Below, one piece after another: positions 40,191 to 53,790 of a stretch of DNA of 64,000 nucleotides; position 1 is the first letter of the stretch, and each line of letters opens with the position of its first letter. The notes beneath the pieces were generated by a model, which searched no databases, was not told where the DNA came from, and saw only the letters and a list, made by a program, of their open reading frames with translations. Origin of the DNA: Callorhinchus milii (Eukaryota); contig NW_024704742.1 of assembly GCF_018977255.1 (NCBI RefSeq), positions 10,542,001-10,606,000 of the forward strand, read 5' to 3'. Made by a program: the position numbers and the translations under genes.

Positions 40191-40737
40191 GAGTGGCACC
40201 ATTCTTGGTTGTCGGTTCAAGCCCCACTTTGGGACTTTGAACTAACAGTTCAGGTTGACTCTCCAGGGAGAGAGCAAACACCCAAGATGAAATTGGTCAT
40301 TCGTTTCATGGCATTCACCTAAAAGTTACACTGTCACTTTGAGGTAAACTTTGTGAAGCACTTTCAGATATTCGCCTGAAATGAGACAGGGTGTATACAT
40401 CAGAGAACAATATTGTAGGCCTCTCCCGAGCCAGGCAGATACAGACACACACAGACTCTCATTACAACTTGGGTCTATTCTAAGGTAGGGAAAGCCTACA
40501 ACAGCAACAGCAAACACAACAACTGCAGAGTGGTGCCGGCACTTGGTTTCTTGAATAGTGTCTGGCACCAGTCTTATGCACTTACAAGCCCAACACCCCA
40601 CCCCTTGTTGTTCTGACTATTAACTAACCTCGGGCCAGCCATGTGACCTGGACCTCAAGCTCCTTGGCCCTGGAACTCTGGAACATTCTTCCTCTATCCC
40701 TCCACCTTGCCCCTTCCTTTCCCCTCTTCAGAAATGC

Positions 40738-42212
40738 TCTTCAACCTCCCCTTTCTCTCCAAGGTCCTGGAAAGAGTTGTCGCCTCCCAACTGCGCTCTT
40801 TCCTTTCCACCCATTCTCTTTTCGAACCCCTTCAGTCAGGTTTCCGTGCTGCCCATAGCACAGAAACTGCCCTGGTCAAGGTCACCAATGATATCCTGAC
40901 CATCTGTGACCAGGGCTCCCTCTGCCTCCTCGTCCTCCTCGACCTATCGGCAGCATTCGATACGGTCGACCACGCTATCCTACTCCACCGCTTGTCCTCC
41001 CACCTCAACCTTCAAGGCACTGTCCTTGAGTGGTTTAGGTCGTACCTTTCTCACCGTCTTCACTTTGTCTCGACGAATGGCTTCTCCTCCACCCCCCGTA
41101 CTGTCTCATGTGGAGTCCCTCAGGGCTCTGTCCTCGGTCCCCTCCTCTTCACCCTCTATATGCTCCCCCTTGGTGACATCATCCGCAGACATGGAGTTAA
41201 CTTCCACATGTATGCGGATGACACCCAACTCTACCTTTCCTCCTCTACTCTCAACTCCACGACCACCGATGTCCTGACAGCCTGTCTGTCCGACATCGAG
41301 TCCTGGACGAGAGACAACTTTCTTCAGCTCAACGTGCGAAAAACCGAGGCCCTCCTGATTGGCTCACGTCAGCGCCTCCGCACCTCAGGCGCCGACACCA
41401 TCAGCATCCAAGGCTGCACTCTCCACCTCTCAAAGCCAGTCAGGAACCTCGGCGTTTTTTTCGACCCTGAGCTGTCCTTTCTCCCTCACATCCGCACCAC
41501 AACTGGCACCGCCTTCCATCACCTCCGGAACATCGCCAGACTACGGCATTACCTCACCCCTCACGCTGCTGAAACCCTGGTTCACGCCTTTGTCACCTCA
41601 AGGCTGGACTATGGGAACTCTCTCCTCGCCGGCCTTCCCGCCACCTCCCTCCACAAGCTGCAGGTCATTCAGAACTCTGCAGCTCGTGTACTGTCCCGCA
41701 CCAGGCTTCGGGACCACATCACTCCCACCCTCGCTCGCCTCCACTGGCTCCCCATCCCCCAGAGGATTGATTTCAAGATCCTCATCCTCACCTACAAGGC
41801 CATTCACGGCCTTGCTCCCTCCTACCTCTCCAACCTACTATCCCCCTACCTACCCGCCCATACCCTCCGCTCCTCCGGCTCCGGTCTGCTCCACGTCCCC
41901 CGCCCCAATCGCCCTACCATTGGTGGTCGGGCCTTCAGCCTCTCAGCCCCGAGGCTCTGGAACTCTATCCCCCAGTGCCTTCGCCTTGCTTCCTCCCTTT
42001 CCTCCTTCAAGGCCGGTCTCAAAACCTTTCTCTTTGACCGAGCCTTCAGCTCCCCTCTCGACTCTCTTCCCCCTTCTCACTCCCTCCCATCCCTCCCCTC
42101 ACCCTGACCATTTCCCCACTGCTCGGGTCATGACCCAACTGTGCAGCGCCTTGGGACGTCCTCCTGACGTGAAAGGCGCTTTATAAATGGAATCTTGTTG
42201 TTGTTGTTGTTG
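40738..42212 (+). mobile_element. Young 5'-truncated L2 with uninterrupted RT frame, nested in an older L2 tail
   Basis: ORF 40707-42107 open to its stop with YADD; older tail flanks it at 40640-40737 and 42213-42350. Confidence 0.95.
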
Positions 42213-42679
42213 CGCTGAAGACCTTCCTCTTCGACTGTGCCATAAGTCACCTCTCCCCTCCCCCCAGTTCGGTGTCATGCTCTGCCTCTGTCAAGTGCTC
42301 TGGTACACTACCCTGTGTAAGGGGTACTATATAAATGGAAGTTGTTGTTATGTTTGCCAGTTGCATGCACTATCGCCTCTAAGTCACCATGCTGTGGGTT
42401 CAATCCCCAATTCTGGATATTGAATTTACATGGTCTAAGCAGACACTCAAGTGCAGTGCCTGGGGTGAGTTGGATGGCCTTCAGCCACTATGCCCTGAGG
42501 CTCTGGAACTGCCTTCCTCACTCCCTTCGCCTCACCTGAAGACCTTTCTTTTCGACCACGCCTTTGGTCACCTTCCCCCCCCTCCCCCTGGCTCGGCACC
42601 GGGATCCGTTACTGTGAAGCGCTCTGAGATGCCGTCCGGCATGGAGGGCGCTATATAAATTCAAGTTGTTGTTGTTGTT

Positions 42680-42950
42680 ACATTAAACCAAGGTGCAGGT
42701 CCGTTAAAGATCTCATGGCACTATTTGAAAAGAGAAGGGAGTTTCTCTCACCCGGTGTCCTGGCCAACAATCCCCCAAACAAAATTGGTCATTCAATTCA
42801 TGGCTGCTTGCTGGGACATTGCTGTGTGCAATTGAGCTGCCACATACACCTACAATACAGTCATTCCACTTCACAGTAAATCCCGTGAAACATTTGAGGT
42901 GATCTCCCGATGTGAAAGGTGCATATACCAAATTGAAGGATTATTAATAT
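42680..42950 (+). mobile_element. SINE family B 3' half
   Basis: GTTAAAGATCTCATGGCACTATTTGAAAAGAG..GTGTCCTGGCCAAC. Confidence 0.8.
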
Positions 42951-43233
42951 CATAACAACGAGACTGAGTGTATGTATCTGAGGACAAACAACTCCAAACA
43001 ATCTGTCAGAGAAGTTAATTAAGGTGATTAATCCTGAAAGAATAGCCACCGACTATTCTTTAAGGAAGTAGCACTTATGATATTGAATATGGAAATGAAT
43101 TGTTTCCATGCAATTCTTGACAATTCATTCAGGTTCATTGGCACATTTTAATTTTTGAATGATGCAGATTGAAATATTGATGGTCCCAAAAAATGTCTGG
43201 GGGATGATTGCTTGAACAGGGTTGAGAGTAAAT

Positions 43234-43381
43234 CTGGGCCTTGGTTCAATGTCTCATCTGAAGGACGGTACCTCCAAAAATGCAGCACGCTTTCAACACT
43301 GTACTGGAATGCCAGCCGAGACGATGTGAGTTTGAAGTCCTAACGTGGGGCTTGAATCCCAAACTTCTGATTCAGAAAAGA
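43234..43381 (+). repeat. 148-bp direct copy of 44292-44439
   Basis: Two mismatches by eye. Confidence 0.95.
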
Positions 43382-44089
43382 GCTAGGATAAAGGCAATCT
43401 CACCAGTGGGGGTTATTTTAAGAACATAAGAACATAAGAAATAGAAGCAGGAGTAGACCATTCGGCTCCTCGAGCAAAGACAAAGACAAAACCAGTTTGT
43501 GTTGGTCAACAAGTATGTGACTGTCCTGCTTGGCTCTGGTCAGTGCCTCGTTCCCCAGGTACTGACTGATTAATTTGCATGGTTGCTCATTCCACCTCAT
43601 GGAGACTTGGTATCTTTTTCAACTTCCCAGTTATCCTTCATACCTTGTATCCAAACTCGCACTCACTCTGCTTTTCCTTAACATGGCCAAACTCCACTGC
43701 TACTTTTCCCCCTTTGAAATTGAGACCTTCATACACAACCTTTACCACCACCAGGCTTCATTATTCCAATGCCTTGCTTGCTGGACTTCGCAGCCATGAT
43801 TGTGAGTCAGGAAACTGACCATATAAACCCACTTTCCTAGGTTTTCTTTACCATCAGTACCTGAGTTAAACTCCATAGGATGAAAACTCCACCTTAAGTT
43901 AGACTGTAAGATCATTTGTTTTTCAAACTTAAGATGGTGCAGAACTGGTTAAAATTCTTAAATTCAGTCTTAACTTGGAAGTCAATTCTTTCTAAGAACT
44001 GTGGAAAATCACCCACTGATGTAAATTGAACAATTTTTCAGTTTGATCCTAGAAATTATGACTAGTTGCAATTTTAGCCTCCACATATA

Positions 44090-44465
44090 AATAATCCTTA
44101 ACATTTGTTATAGTGGAATTCATTTTGGGATGACATCTCAAAGCACTTTACAGGTTTTACCATAAAGTAGTGATGTAGTGTGTGTAATTGTGGGCAAACA
44201 CAGCAGCCAATTTTATGAACAGTATTGTTCCACAAACATTTGGCTAGGACATTTTTTGAATATATCTTTAACATCCACCTGAACAGGCAGACTGGGCCTT
44301 GGTTCAATGTCTCATCTGAAGGACGGTACCTCCAAAAATGCAGCACGCTTTCAACACTGTACTGGAATGCCAGCCGAGACGATGTGAGTTCGAAGTCCTA
44401 ACGTGGGGCTTGAATCCCAAACTTCTGACTCAGAAAAGAAAGTGAGCCAGGATGACAGGCTGATG
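44090..44465 (-). mobile_element. SINE family B
   Basis: Deu-like domain and head in reverse. Confidence 0.8.
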
Positions 44466-44934
44466 AAGCAATGACAGTGCAAGGCAAGAAGGGATTGTGG
44501 GGGAGCAGCAAGACACAATTGGCAACGGTAAATGAAACACAATTTTTTTTTGGTCAGTTGGGTGTCTGACACATGCGGAAACCCATCAGTTTAAACTCAA
44601 GGAATACTTTTCAATTCTTTGTGGGATGGAGAATTACATCTAGACCTACTCTCAGTTCTGCTCCTCCATATTATGGTCACCATTTTGCCAATTCCCTGAA
44701 TAGATGGAACAGTTTGGGCTGTTAAAGACGCTGTGCGCAATTGGCTGCCGTAGGATGTAAACTGCAGGATTTCTAATGAGGTTTCTTTGTAAGGATGCTC
44801 ATTAGAGATCCCGGCAATCACTGGGAAGTAGATTGTATTGGAGTGGAGTTCTCAGGCTTGGTCTACTTCTGGTCAGCAGACAGAGCAATGCTGTACTATA
44901 TAATTCGTCACAGACAGATTGCTTCTCTATTTAA

Positions 44935-45310
44935 TAATAATAATAATTATTGCATTTAGTATAGCACCTTATTCCATCATCAAGACTCCTTAAAGCACCT
45001 CACAGAATATACTGTAAAGTGAATTGACTGTATTTTTGTGGGTAAAATTCGGCAGCCAATTGCACACAGCAGTGTTCCACAAACAGTTGTGGATTGTGTG
45101 ACCAAATTATTATTTTTTATAATTTTTTAAAAAAGGGATCATTACCCCCAGAAAGTGATTTGCCAATTGAGTAACAACTGGGTTCCTAGTTACTGTTAGG
45201 TAAATAGAGGCGTGTGGAGTAAGGAAACTTGCCTAAGGTTTTGCCTTGCCCGGGAATCAAACCCAGGTCCTCTCACTTGTGAGGCGAGTATGAGTGCTCT
45301 AACCAATGCG
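44935..45310 (-). mobile_element. SINE family A (long)
   Basis: Reverse complement of consensus. Confidence 0.87.
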
Positions 45311-48300
45311 TTACATTTATACTGTTTCCTTCAGGCCTATTCTCCTTTCTGTGACCTTGACTATTCTACCTGTGGTCTACTGCTCATTCTTCATACTCAC
45401 AAAATAGAGGAGCAGGGCCGAGAGCAGGTCTAGATATAATTCTCTAGCCTGTAAAGAATTTAAAGGAAACGTATTCCTTGAGTTGAAAGGCTATACGCTA
45501 CTTATATAAACTTTGCACAATGCTCTTTCCCTCTGACTGCTGTTTGCTCTCTTTTCGCCTCCACAAATATACAGTCTATTCACCTTACAAGAATTATTAT
45601 TTTCCAGAGGCTTTTGTCTCTAACTCATTCATCTACTGTGGTCAATTTCATCCTACCTTGGGTGACCGAGCCTTCAGCTACTATACCATCACTCTCTGGA
45701 ATGCTCCCATTGCCTTGCTCCTTCTCTCCCTGCTTTCCAGATTATCTTAAAATCTAATTTGGTCAACATTGCTAAACTTTATTTCCTCTCATCACACTCT
45801 ATCATCTCCGTGCAGGTCGAGCTTATGAAAGGTGCTACATAATTAATGGTTGCTCATAAATATCAAATCTAATTTAACAGGAAATGTCACAAATTTGCCT
45901 GCACTGATAAAGTCTTTCAAAACTTTTCTCCAATCTGTTGTTTTTTTTACCTAAAGATTACTCTGTGCTGAGTTCTGACAGCAGTAGGATCGCTGCATGT
46001 TGCTTTATTCTTCTTATAAATACCAATTATTCATTTAGATTTTCTTGCAGGATTGTCAGAAGTCCTGTCCTTTTCCTCAATCAACTTTTTGAAAGGTCCA
46101 TTCTTGTCTCCCACCATTGCCATTGTTACCCAATTTGTTATTTTACCTATTCTAAGATGTATTTAGAAAGTTGACTTGAACTTGGCCCATTGGGAGAGGG
46201 TAGTGGCTTAATTACATGCATTACCTGGAGCCGAATAAGTCTTTTATCCCAACATGGCAAGGCTTGTTTTGCAATTAGCAGGGTTTGGGGGAAAGTCCTC
46301 AGACTTGTATTATTTGTGTGGCACCATTGTCCTCTCAGAGATAGGAAGTGTGTGTCTGCTTCACAGAAGGGAAGAGCATGACACTCAGGGTGGGTGTTAA
46401 GGGAAAGGATGTGGCAAATGAGTCACTTCCCGAGCATGTTGTTATCCTGTGAAGTTCTGCTTGATCTCGGAGCTTGGAAGTTCTAAAATTGTAATCAAAC
46501 AAAAATTTGGCACAATCACATTTGAAATATCAAATTGACATTTTTATATACTACAGCTGCCCTGAGGGAATATACTTCTTTAAGATTGTTTCAAAGTTGT
46601 GAAGTCTGTAGCTCTTTCCTTTTTCACTTTGTAATGCTTTAGCTGAGATAAAGCCATTTTAATGATTTAAAACGACATTTTGATAAGCCTTTATTCACCT
46701 ACTTTGCAGCTGAATGCAGACACTTAGCAGAACATTGCGTTTGATGTAAAAATTGAATGTGGAAATGGTAGCTTGAGGCTAGGTTTTCCTCTGGTGGCTT
46801 CACCACTGCTTGTGCCAGTAAATCAGTGGATGCTTTCCTTTCAGAATAGTGATACATCTGCCAAGACTAAAGGTAGCCTTCCAATCAGATCCTAGTTGAA
46901 ATCATGCCTCCAGGTAAGAACCAGGAAATTAAACAGTTTTGACCTTTGCAAATGAGTCGAATGCTCTTTCTGCTACAATAATAATAATAATAATCCTTGA
47001 TATAGCCCCTTATCACATCTTCGAGATGTCTCAAAGCGCTTCACAGAATTGACTGTATATTTTGTTGCGAAACGCGACAGCCAATTGCGCACATCAGTGT
47101 CCCACAAACAACTGCTGCATTTTGCTCACAAATATAGAGTCAATTCACTTTACCTTATATTCTGTGAAGCGCTTTGAGACATCTAGAAGACATGAAAAGC
47201 TCTATATCAAATGCAAGGATTATTATTATTATTATTATTTGTATACGCTGTAATTTCCTTAGACTGTGAATGGGAAGAAATGTCCTCCCATATATTAAAA
47301 CTAACAATACAATACAAATTACATTTGTGTGGCGTCTTTTACATCGGGAATACATCCCAAGGCCCTGGAGAAACTTACAAGCAGTGATACACTTACAGTC
47401 CTTGTATTAGAAACAATTCTAATGCACAGGGCCATCTGAGATTAAGATGCTCTGACTTCCTGTGCAGTTCATAAATTTACCGACTTTCAGAGAATCATCC
47501 ATAAGTTTACAAAAAGGCTTCCTTTATATGTGAAGCAATTGGAATAATTGTAGATGTGTGTTAACTTTCTAAATCTGCTGAGAAAGTTGTACTGTTTGTG
47601 TGCATGGCGACATTTTCTTTAAGTTTGATATCCTGTTGTGAACCTAAAGGTTGCTTCAGGGGTGGCAGTCAAGGCTAAACGATTTAAAATGTTGTAAATA
47701 ACATTTCCAAAGAGTTTTATGATCTCTTTCACTCACTGTTGGCCTTGGTTGTGTAAATCACTTTCGATTGCTGGTGGCTGATTCTGCAATACAAATGTCA
47801 GAAAATCCTTGCTTTTGGTTTTTTGAGAAAGGAGTGAAACTGCATCAGCAAGTGCATTGGACATTTGAAATTAAACTGTTCTGAAACATTGTTTGATTAC
47901 ACACTGAGGAATGTAAAACACCATTTTACAGAGTGTCAGAGTAAATGCTGTAATTGCAAAGAAGCAATCTCTGGGTAACCTGTACACTCTCTGTATAAAT
48001 GGCTATAATTTCATAGACTACTAATCTTTTCATGAAAAGCCTAGGCTATTTTCCCTTGCATCCTGGTCAACAACCCCCCCAGATAAATTGGTCATTGGCT
48101 TTGTGGCTATTGTGGAGCTCTTGCTGTGCGCAAATTGGCTGCTGCGATTTCTTACAAATACATGGTCACTGACCTTCACAGTTATAATAATAATCTCTTG
48201 TGATTAATATGCATATTTCATAAGATCCCTTCGCTCTGCAAACACTCGCCTGCTTCATGGCCCCCATCTTACCGCCCAATACTGGTGGTGGTGTGGGCGG

Positions 48301-48529
48301 TGTGGGTGGGGGTCATTCTGTCCACACGCTCTGGATATCCCTTCAACTTTCCCCTCCCTCCCCATGTTCAAAGTCCACCTCGAGATGTATCTCTTTGACC
48401 AGGCTTTCAGTCACCTTTCTCTTCTCATCTCTCTCAGCTCCCACCCCCATCTTGGGATCCGAGCCAATAGTGGGATTTCTCCCTATGTGAATGGCGTGAT
48501 ATAAATGTAAATTGTATTTTATTGCATAT

Positions 48530-48890
48530 AGCGCTGATAACATCAAAAGTGACCTTGTGTTTGTGTGCAAACACAACACCCAATTTGCACAGAGCACTGT
48601 ATCACAAACAGCCATTAAGTGAAAGTCTAATATAGCTGGAGGATTGTTGCCCGGGACACCAGAAAAAACTACCTTCTCTTTTCCGAATAGTATTATGGGA
48701 TCTTGAGCATCTACCTGAAGAGTCAATGTTTCATCCTAAGGATGGCACCACTTCCAACGGAGAACACTCCCAACACTTCACTGAAGTGTGAGCCTAGAAT
48801 GTGAGCTGACATCTTGACTTGGAGCTTGAGTTCACAGCCTTTTGATCCAAGAAGTGAGAATGCTACCGACTGAGCCAGGCTGACACAGCT
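48530..48890 (-). mobile_element. SINE family B
   Basis: Head ends CTGAGCCAGGCTGACACA; Deu-like domain. Confidence 0.75.
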
Positions 48891-49369
48891 ATAACATGTG
48901 AAGCACATTGAAACTTTGATGTTAGAGATGCTATATCAAATGTAAGAGTTAATATTATTCTACACACACTCACTCCTCCGTGCAGCCTCACTGTGTTAAA
49001 ATAAAGCTGTTCGCATTTGCCTCCTCCTCTGATATATTCTTTCCCAATATCTCCAACATGTAATTTCCTACCTCTTTCAATCTGCTTTTCGTATACAATA
49101 TATTCTACAGTGTTTTAAAATCCAAGCCAAGTGCTCACCTAACCAATATATCTTGAATCACCTGGTTCTCTCCTTTTGTTTTCATCCTTGATGGTGTCCT
49201 GCACTATGACCTTGATTCTTCGTCATGATTTGTCAATAATTCCGCAGCCAGTTGTGAGTTAATTTGGCCTGGTTCAATGTAAGATAGATAGGATATACCA
49301 AGGGGTTTGATACCCAGGGGGTAAATGTTCTTTCTACTCCTCGATTACTGCTTTCAAATGTGATTTGAA

Positions 49370-49905
49370 ATGCCAGTCTCCCATCCACTACCATTCATAA
49401 AATCTAAATCATTCAAAACTCTACCGCCCGCATTCTCACCCACACGAAACTCCGCTTCCCAATCACCCCAGTCCTTGCCAGACAGCACTGGCTGCCTATC
49501 CCAGAGAGGATCGAATTCAAGATCCTCACCCTTGTCTTCAAGTCCCTGAACTCTTCTGCACCCCCCTACCTCTCTGACCTCCTCTCTCCTCAAAACAGTA
49601 CCCATTGCCTTCGTTCCTCCGGGTCTGGCCTCCTCCTCATCCCCTGAGTCCTCCGCTCCACCCTCGGTGGCCGTGCCTTCAGCCACTATGCCCCGAGACT
49701 CTGGAACTGCCTTCCTCACTCCCTTCATCTCGCTCCCTCCCTTCTCATTTTCAGGTCTCTGCTGAAGACCTTTCTTATCGACCGTGCCTTTGGTCACCTT
49801 CCTCCCCCTCCCCCTGGCTCGGTCCCGGGATCCGTTACTGTAAAGCGCTCTGAGACGCTGTCTGGCGTGGAGGGCACTATATAAATCCAAGTTGTTGTTG
49901 TTGAT
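49370..49905 (+). mobile_element. Old L2 3' fragment
   Basis: HWLPIPERIEFKIL, tail, (GTT)n. Confidence 0.82.
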
Positions 49906-49969
49906 CTTCCGAATTCAAAAAGAATAGTCAGTTTTGAAGGAAGATCAATTGAGGGCTGTTTGATTAATA

Positions 49970-50262
49970 CCAGGTGCCACCATCCCAGGCAGCCATGGCA
50001 CACAAGCCAAAGCCTTCCTGTATATGGATGATGTCACCTTCTTTTGCACAGACCAAAAATTGGTCTTGAGCCTGCTAGGCATTTGCAACCGGTTTGAGTA
50101 GGCCTCGAGCGTCAAGGTCAACCGCCAGAAAAGCCAGGTGATTTATTTTGGAGACTGGAAAGAACGCAGTCACATACCATTTGCGGTGAAGCCAGACTAT
50201 ATCAAAGACCTTGGCATCTGGTTCGGGGCTGCCGGGGTGTGCCAAAACAGTTGGGAGGAGTG
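49970..50262 (+). mobile_element. Tx1/L1-clade LINE RT fragment
   Basis: IPGSHGTQAKAFLYMDDVTFFCTD..ICNRFE*ASSVKVNRQKS..FGDW..YIKDLGIWFG..SWEE. Confidence 0.82.
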
Positions 50263-52050
50263 TTTCTGCATACCATTGCTTATTACTAGTTTTTTTTTAC
50301 TAGTTGACTTCTTGCTGTCACATAAATTCTGTTGTTTCACTCACAGACACCTTTTTGGGGAAAGACATGAGTAATGACATAGTATGGTTGTGTACACTCA
50401 TGGTTGCTGCTCTCAGCAAGCTAAGTCTTTTGTTGTGCGGAATTGATTCCAATGGTAAAAATTATCGTCTTGGCATTGTAATAAGTTCAGGAAGACTGTT
50501 TCATAGAGCAAATGACTGATGTGTCCACAGGCAGTGCTAAATTGGTCTTGTGCCCACAAACCTCCATATGGTAAATTCCTAATCATGGATGGACCATCTG
50601 TAGAAATCCTCCCCACAGAGACGCAAGCAAAACCAGAAGAGTCCAACCAGGACATTCTTATGCAATTCATAAAGGCTGTTGTTAGGTGAGCGATGTTTGT
50701 TCTGGAGAATGGAATACTCTGTTTTAGTTTCAGCAACAAGCTTACCACATCAGGTAGTAGCTTTGCCAGGTGAATAAATCTCCCTATTATATTTTGGCCC
50801 CAGATCTCATCTCAATTAGAGCTGTGTTGTTTCTCAAACCAGTGACCTCATTAACATTGTGACCTCATTGCATTTTGACCTCTTTGGTGTGGTGACTGTC
50901 CTGGCATGTTCTTGTGACACAATACGCAGGTAAAAGAGATGGAGACAACAAGATTTGCTTATGAAGATAACAGAACTGTAGAGACTCCACTAATTTGCTA
51001 GTTACTGCTTTGTTTGAATAACTGCGCTCCAAGCCTTGGGTAGCTCCTCCCTGTTGTGCTGTTGTTAGGTGATGGGAGCTCATTAATCTCACTAACTAGG
51101 CTGTCAGTGGGCCCCACACAGATCAGGCTGTGATTTGGCTGCAGCATTTTCCACTTGCTGGATGTTTTTAGGGAAGATGTATACATCTCCTGGAGCATTA
51201 CTGAACCTGTGCCAATCAAAATCATGACCTGATATTAACTCTTTCAATAATTGGCTCTCATATTCATATCTCTGAAAACTAATCATTTCTAGTTATTGGG
51301 GACCTCTTCAAATTCTTTGGTTGTCATGAACAGAGCTCGCTTATATCCAATGTATCATAAACTGGTTTATGGTTCCAAATTATTCTACATCACATTGGTG
51401 CCTTTAGTGAACTGAACACTGGCTGCTTGTTTGGCTATTCTTACTGTTGGAGTTCTGAGGGACGTAATTTCACTGCTGCTTCATTTTCATCAGGTTTATA
51501 AGCAATGCCATCACTCATTATTACAGCGGTATTACAGCCAATGTCTATAACTGCTTCATCACTTTGAAACTGCTCCAGCTTCAAAGTACATGTCAGTGTC
51601 ATCCTTACTGTTTATGTACATTATTTATTGACACTGTGAATTCAGAAGCAACTTTGATGGTTGTTTTAAATCTTGACTTGATGTATCTCCTCCAGTTGAA
51701 CGCTTTTAATATTGAGCCTTTTGCTGAGACTCACCACCTTAGTTATTCCCTCAGTTTTAGTCCGAAAGTAAGGGGTTTCTAAAACAATACGATCCTGCTT
51801 TTTTCAGTGTGGCAGATATTCCTCATATAGGAACTGTAAAGTAGTATTTGTCGCCTGAATTTGTAGATCTTTACTCTTGTAGATAAAGAAGAGTGTATCT
51901 TGTTGACCCACAAGAACTCTGTTGCAGTCTTTGATGTGGTTGCAATGTATTTTTCCTTGAGTTGGAATTTAAAGTAAAGTTTAAACAATCTAAATTGGGA
52001 ATCATATAAATCATAGGTATTCATTGCTCATGCTGGCCCCCTTGCTGCAG
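50263..52050 (-). pseudogene. Degenerate coding-like island of unknown origin (possible endogenous RNA-virus element)
   Basis: Repeat-free, A-rich minus strand, several overlapping 60-110 aa ORFs; only weak motif resemblance. Confidence 0.3.
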
Positions 52051-52257
52051 GTCTCTACTCTACTCTCAATTCTCTGTTCTTGCCCCAAACTCTTTTAAGT
52101 TGACACTCTTCAGAAATGTATCCAATTCACTTTTAAATGTGATCTTAGCTTCAAAAGCCTTTTGTGGTAAACCGTCTATGTTCTAACAATTATAATAATA
52201 ATAATAATAATCCTTGCATTTGATATAGCGCTTTATTGGAAGCATAATCTGTTATAG

Positions 52258-53751
52258 GCATAATCTGTTATTTTCCCAGTTCTCGTATTTTAGACTTCCA
52301 GCTAGATTGAGGCTGTTCTTATGTCCTTTTGATCTATCAGTAAGAGCCTTTCTCATGTGGGGAAAATGGACAATATTCACCCTCCCGCTGCCGTACAGAT
52401 GCTCACACACACTTCCTGAAGTGCTAGGGTTATTATGAACGCATCTTATGAAATCGTCCGCTTACTGTTTGATTGCAGATGAAAGGCAAAGATATTGAGT
52501 TGCATTAAAAGAGGGATCGTGGGCAGCAACAACAACAACAACAACTTGCATCTGTATTGCACCCCTCACGCAGAGTAGCTTCCCAGAGGGCTGGGCAAAT
52601 TAAAAGAGGTTATATGTTTTCTGCAAGATGTTGGTCAGAATCTATTGGGAGTATGGTGCACAGCTCTGGATTTGGTAGGATATAACTGGTCTTGAGAGGT
52701 TACAGGTGTCAGGAGTCAACATTTATAAAGAAAAGTTAAGAAAAAGTAGGAACTTTATGACTGCAATATTAACCCTTAACTCACTACAATAAATACATAA
52801 TTTCAATAAAATATTTTGAAAGCTTTACGAAACCTTCTGTCACATTCTTCTGTCTATCTGCTCTTCCACTTCTGATGATTAAATTCACGCAACCTAAGAA
52901 TTGAAGCCTGTGACTGTCTCTTTTAACACTCAACCTTGGAACTACTCATCTTGAGAGTTTGAATCTTTTTCAATCTTTCAGTCTTTCTCAACTCAGACAC
53001 AAATTCACCCTCAGATGATTAACTTTACAGCGTAATTGCATCAATGATTTGAATTCTGCCATTAATGTATAGCTTTTGCTTGTAATTGTTCAATAAAAAA
53101 AAACTTTAATTGTAAAAATAAATTCGTCACAATGTTATCATGAACATGAGAGTTGTAGTCCATAGCTAATTGGTACCGTCAGCATACGAGAAATCAGTCG
53201 CTGCATTAAATTACATTACTGTGCACAATTGGTTTCACCCACAAAATATTTAGTCAATTCACTTTACAGTATATTCTGTAAAGTGTTTTGAGACGTCACA
53301 AAGACGTGATAAGGCGCGATATCAAATGCAAGGATTACTATTATTATTATTACAGATGTGCTTTGACGATTTTGATCAGGGCTCCCTCTGCCTCCTTGCC
53401 CCCCTCGACTTCTCTTCCTTCAACACTGTTAACCACTCCATCCTCATACACTGCCTCTCTTCTTTACTTAACCTTTGCAGACCTGCCCTTGCCTGGATCA
53501 AATCCTATCTCTCTCACCATCTCCACTTTGTTGCCTCCAACGGTTTCTCCTCCAGCCCCCGCACTGTCACGCCTGGCGTCCCCCAGGGCTCTGTCCTTGG
53601 CCTTCTCCTCTTTACTATATCTACATGCTCCCACTTGGTGACATCATCTGCAGACATGGGGTCAACTTCCATATGTATGCGAATGACACCCAACTCTATC
53701 TTTCTGCCTCCACCCTCAACTCCAGGACCACTGCTGTCCTGACAGACTGTC

Positions 53752-53790
<39 letters not shown>

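Noticed and set aside
40707..42107. 466-aa host gene or group II intron/retron RT
   Set aside because: 5'-truncated L2 ORF2 with no real start; L2 tail follows
46843..46912. Exon with good splice sites
   Set aside because: Stops in all three frames; could only be UTR and has no other support
50531..50686. Plus-strand exon AVLNWSCAHKPPYGKFLIMDG..
   Set aside because: Donor GTGAG is present, but the acceptor lacks a pyrimidine tract and strand composition favours minus-strand coding; kept only as an alternative
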